NCBI GenBank assembly: GCA_043228905.1
Contig: JBHGNT010000001.1
Coordinates: 29,698,001 to 29,762,000 of the forward strand
Reading direction: 5' to 3'
Length of the DNA: 64,000 bases
Origin: Azolla caroliniana
Taxonomy: Eukaryota; Plantae; Polypodiophyta
Part shown: in pieces, positions 60,740 through 64,000 of the stretch
Numbering within the stretch: position 1 is the first letter of the stretch
How the letters are laid out: every line of letters begins with the position of its first letter
Position numbers and translations under genes: made by a program
Notes under the pieces: generated by a model
What the model was told of the DNA's origin: nothing
The model's input: only the letters and a program-made list of their open reading frames with translations
Database searches by the model: none

Positions 60740-63390
60740 GGAATGCAAAGTAGAGAGGGGCTCGATTGCAATCACAATGATTGATGTATCTGAATGTGCA
60801 CAATGATTCTATGCTTCCAAGGGTTTATGACATTCCAGGGTATTCGTATAAGACTTTCCTGATATATAGTCTGAAGTTCTCTGAAGGAGGGATTGATAAT
60901 TCAGGTTTTCCAGTCCAGAATGTCTCTAAGGAATGCTTATTCACTCCTCACATTTAAGTCTAATTGTATTCGTCGATGCGGACTGATGGTTTCGATATCA
61001 ATGAAATTGCATTCTAACAAGCCTTGCACAGTTGAATGCGAGCAGCTCATTCTCACACTCATGGTATCAGACATCCAAATGTATTGGAAAAACTGAACAA
61101 AAAATGAGTTTTACTACTTGACAAGATACTTGTTGAAATTATTTACCAGCAGACGTCTTGACATTTGAAAAGTTTTAATGCTAAAGCATCACAAAACTTG
61201 TATTTGTAAGAAGCAATCCATCACATACTCTGCTTGAAGCTGTGCGATCTATTCTAAGGTGTTGAGCTGGATCAATCGTGGTCACATTGAGAGTGTAACT
61301 GTAACCTGTAACAGTTGAACTACCATAATGCTGATCTGAATAGACACCAAATCCATGTGCTAACATCGATCCGAGTATTTAGAAACTGAACCCATTAAAG
61401 AGCTTATATTTGCCTGTTCATATTCTGTCTCTTGGCATTAAGAACCATTTGAAAATATTCAAATGTTTTCTACGTTATAATCATAAACCATAAGAGCTTA
61501 TATACGTCTATTGATAGTGCCTAAGCATTAAGAACCATTTGCAAAATTTTAAATTTTCTCTACATCATCATCTTGAACCAAGCCCTAGAGCGTATAAACA
61601 TCACCCACTGCTTCATAGGCTCATGAATAACTTGATGGAAAAGAAGTCGAAGAGATAGAGGGGGAAAACAATTTGCCCAAACTTACATTATCTTAAACTT
61701 TAACCAAATGCTTTACATATGAGATTCGACTTCCTCTACATTTATAGTGAAGATGAGTCTCCACCTCATCCATGAAGTACCACAAACAAGATACAAGATT
61801 AAATATACAAATAAACAATCAACATATCTATCGTGTTGATAATGATTACATCAGAATTAGAGTGGATAAAATAAGCATACGAGGATTCATTTTCACAAGC
61901 TCCCAGAGGTTCTTCTTCTTTTTAATACAGATTTAAGAGATGGTGTAGTGCTTATCAACAGTTTCAAAGACCTCCCATGTACAAGTTACAATCCATTCCA
62001 TCAGTAAAAGTGACCCAATCTCCAGCACTGATCTCCACACCTTCCCCATACACCTTTACCTTGCAAGCCTTTGAGGAAATAGCATGTGTCTGTGCCTGAG
62101 AATGTCCATGAGAACTTGCACGGAAAAGATTCCCACCTGCATATCATATTTGAATGGCATATCAACAATGGATGGAAAGTAAAATGCCCAGGGAACTCCT
62201 CAAATTTCTTTAAGAAAAGCTTCCCTAATGTAGGTCTGATTTGGAATGCAGGGCAAGTCAATGGCAACAATTACTGGAAAATAAAATGCCCATGGAAATT
62301 TATGAAAACACCAGTCAAACATTTTCAAGGAAATACCCTCAAGCATACCTGTCGCGCAATGCATAACATTTACATAAATACCCCTCAAATCTTTCCAAGG
62401 AAATACTCCCATTCTGCACCACAGAGAACGCAGGAGATCACAAATAAAACATTTGAAGAATTTTGTGAAAACTGAGGCAATGTTGCGAGGAGGATTCTCA
62501 TGTGAAGAATTAGGGCTTCTTAAATTGACAAATGTTTCACTTAAAGAAAATTCTAACTTGTACACAATCATATATATCATTCTGGTTCAAGATCAATGAA
62601 TGTACAGCACATCAACGACCTGAATGAAAATGTAAAAATTGTAGGCTTTACTTTACACAATTATCCCTTTCTTTTCCTTCTTCTTCAACATCTATAATAG
62701 TTGATATAGGACTTCATGGAAATTAGATTAACCTAAATGATCGTACTTCCTTGGATAAACTCAGAGCAATCTCTTTCATACGCAAGTCTTTATCAGTGGA
62801 ACATACATAGCACGCTCTGGATTTTTTGCATTATAATTACAATGGGGAAACAGGAAATGGAAGGGAAAGAAAGGGTTCACCACATATATGGACCTTCCTT
62901 CTTCTTTTTTATAAGTTTCCAAACAATCAATCACGGAATGCCACACTTGTTCAAATCTGCATACACCTCCTCCTATAAAGGAATAACTTTGTGGTCACAT
63001 CAACTATTTTTTCATATGATGCTGACGGCTAATCAATAAAAAATGATTAGATTGAGGACGAACGCCAACGCAATTAATTAACTTCGTGTCGTCGTAAGCA
63101 ACCAATTTCCATTGTCTTTCACAATAACCTATCCATAATCGGTCGAGAACTATAGAAACGAAAGTATGGACAATGTTCCAACCTATATTATTACTTAACA
63201 CGGGAATGATGCGTGGCTTACACTGGCATCACCATTTTTCCGGCGAACTTGCCATCGTTGTTAAGTGTGAATGATGCTCATGCCATGTCACTATCGCTTC
63301 AAATTCCGTGGCGCGCACCCACCGATCTGTGTAGGACTCGATTGAGTGACTAGTCCGTCACATCCGATGATGATCGGGGGGTTCTTCTAC
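60740..63390. repeat. Tandem segmental duplicate of ~57585-60720, lacking the cupin exon 1/promoter part
   Basis: Collinear matches: 57585-58200 ~ 60745-61370; 58555-59670 ~ 61375-62630; 60405-60712 ~ 62925-63388. Confidence 0.88.
61933..62136 (-). pseudogene. Cupin exon-2 pseudogene
   Basis: Reads WESFPCKFSWTFSGTDTCYFLKG, followed by a 4-bp frameshifting insertion and a ~12-bp deletion relative to 59241-59037. There is no exon 1 copy upstream. Confidence 0.87.
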
Positions 63391-63452
63391 CACGAGTCTC
63401 TAGCAGCCAACTGATACGAGCAGTAGTAGTAATGATGATTAGACCTTTTATG

Positions 63453-63453
<1 letters not shown>

Positions 63454-63494
<41 letters not shown>
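63454..63494. repeat. (CT)n microsatellite
   Basis: About 20 CT units. Confidence 0.95.
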
Positions 63495-63496
<2 letters not shown>

Positions 63497-63772
63497 CATG
63501 AGCAGCAATTATAACTTGATTGCTTCCCACATATCGTATTAGTGTCTTAAAATTCATTGTATTCCTTTAGAACAAATATGTATCTGTAATGTTATTATTA
63601 AAAATATCCTAAAATGTCAATTATATACCTTAATTTTTGTACAATTTGATCAAGGATTGTTCCAACCTTATGAAAAACACTAAGGTTTCTAGTCAATATA
63701 AAGAGAGATACAAGGAATTTTGTATGATATGTATATATGCTTTAAACTAGCCCAGCTCGATGATAACAAACC

Positions 63773-64000
63773 TCAATCCATTTCTATGGATTGAGCACCT
63801 CGTGAAAATCCATGTTGACGAAAATTGTGGATAAAAAAGGTACCATCACGGAGGCTGGTTAGGAATATTACCCATGTCATAAAATAGAGAATGAGTAGTA
63901 ATATTAAGATCACCAAGCATACTTTAGCAACTTGAATCCAATCTTTCTTCACATATTCCAAAAGCCCGGCCTTGCAAGAATGACAATCAAAGCACAATCT
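63773..64000 (-). CDS. Tetraspanin (TET) family protein, 3' end only (5' part outside the window)
   Basis: DCFDCHSCKAGLLEYVKKDWIQVAKVCLVILILLLILY matches the plant TET EC2 end (C..C.SCKAG.L...K..W) plus TM4. Confidence 0.85.
   Translation of the reverse strand, partial: RLCFDCHSCKAGLLEYVKKDWIQVAKVCLVILILLLILYFMTWVIFLTSLRDGTFFIHNFRQHGFSRGAQSIEMD

Overview
Eukaryotic, gene-dense land-plant nuclear DNA, not prokaryotic. It has GT-AG introns, AG/AT/TTC microsatellites at gene 5' ends and long PLS-class PPR genes. The PPR/DYW style and compactness suggest a fern, possibly a heterosporous water fern (inference). I built exon models by hand for 10 complete genes and 1 partial gene: dolichol kinase (EVAN/DOK1-like, -), CSC1/OSCA4.1-like channel (+), ycf45-like AAA ATPase (+), PXA-PX-PXC sorting nexin (+), dUTPase (-), copper chaperone CCS (-), FEI-like LRR receptor kinase (+), a head-to-head pair of PLS-PPR genes (E-truncated on -, non-canonical DYW on +), a plastid-type DUF861 cupin (-) and the 3' end of a tetraspanin (-). 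Two exon-1-less pseudogene copies (dUTPase, cupin) arose by local tandem duplication. Most notable are: (1) the DYW deaminase has HCE and no DYW tail, making it a candidate non-canonical (possibly U-to-C) RNA editor, and it sits head-to-head with a deaminase-less PPR; (2) CCS has lost the first Cys of its MxCxxC copper site; (3) short tandem duplications and degenerate arrays recur in first introns and leaders. No CRISPR, rRNA, intact tRNA or intact transposon was seen, and no wholly new multi-gene system can be demonstrated from sequence alone.
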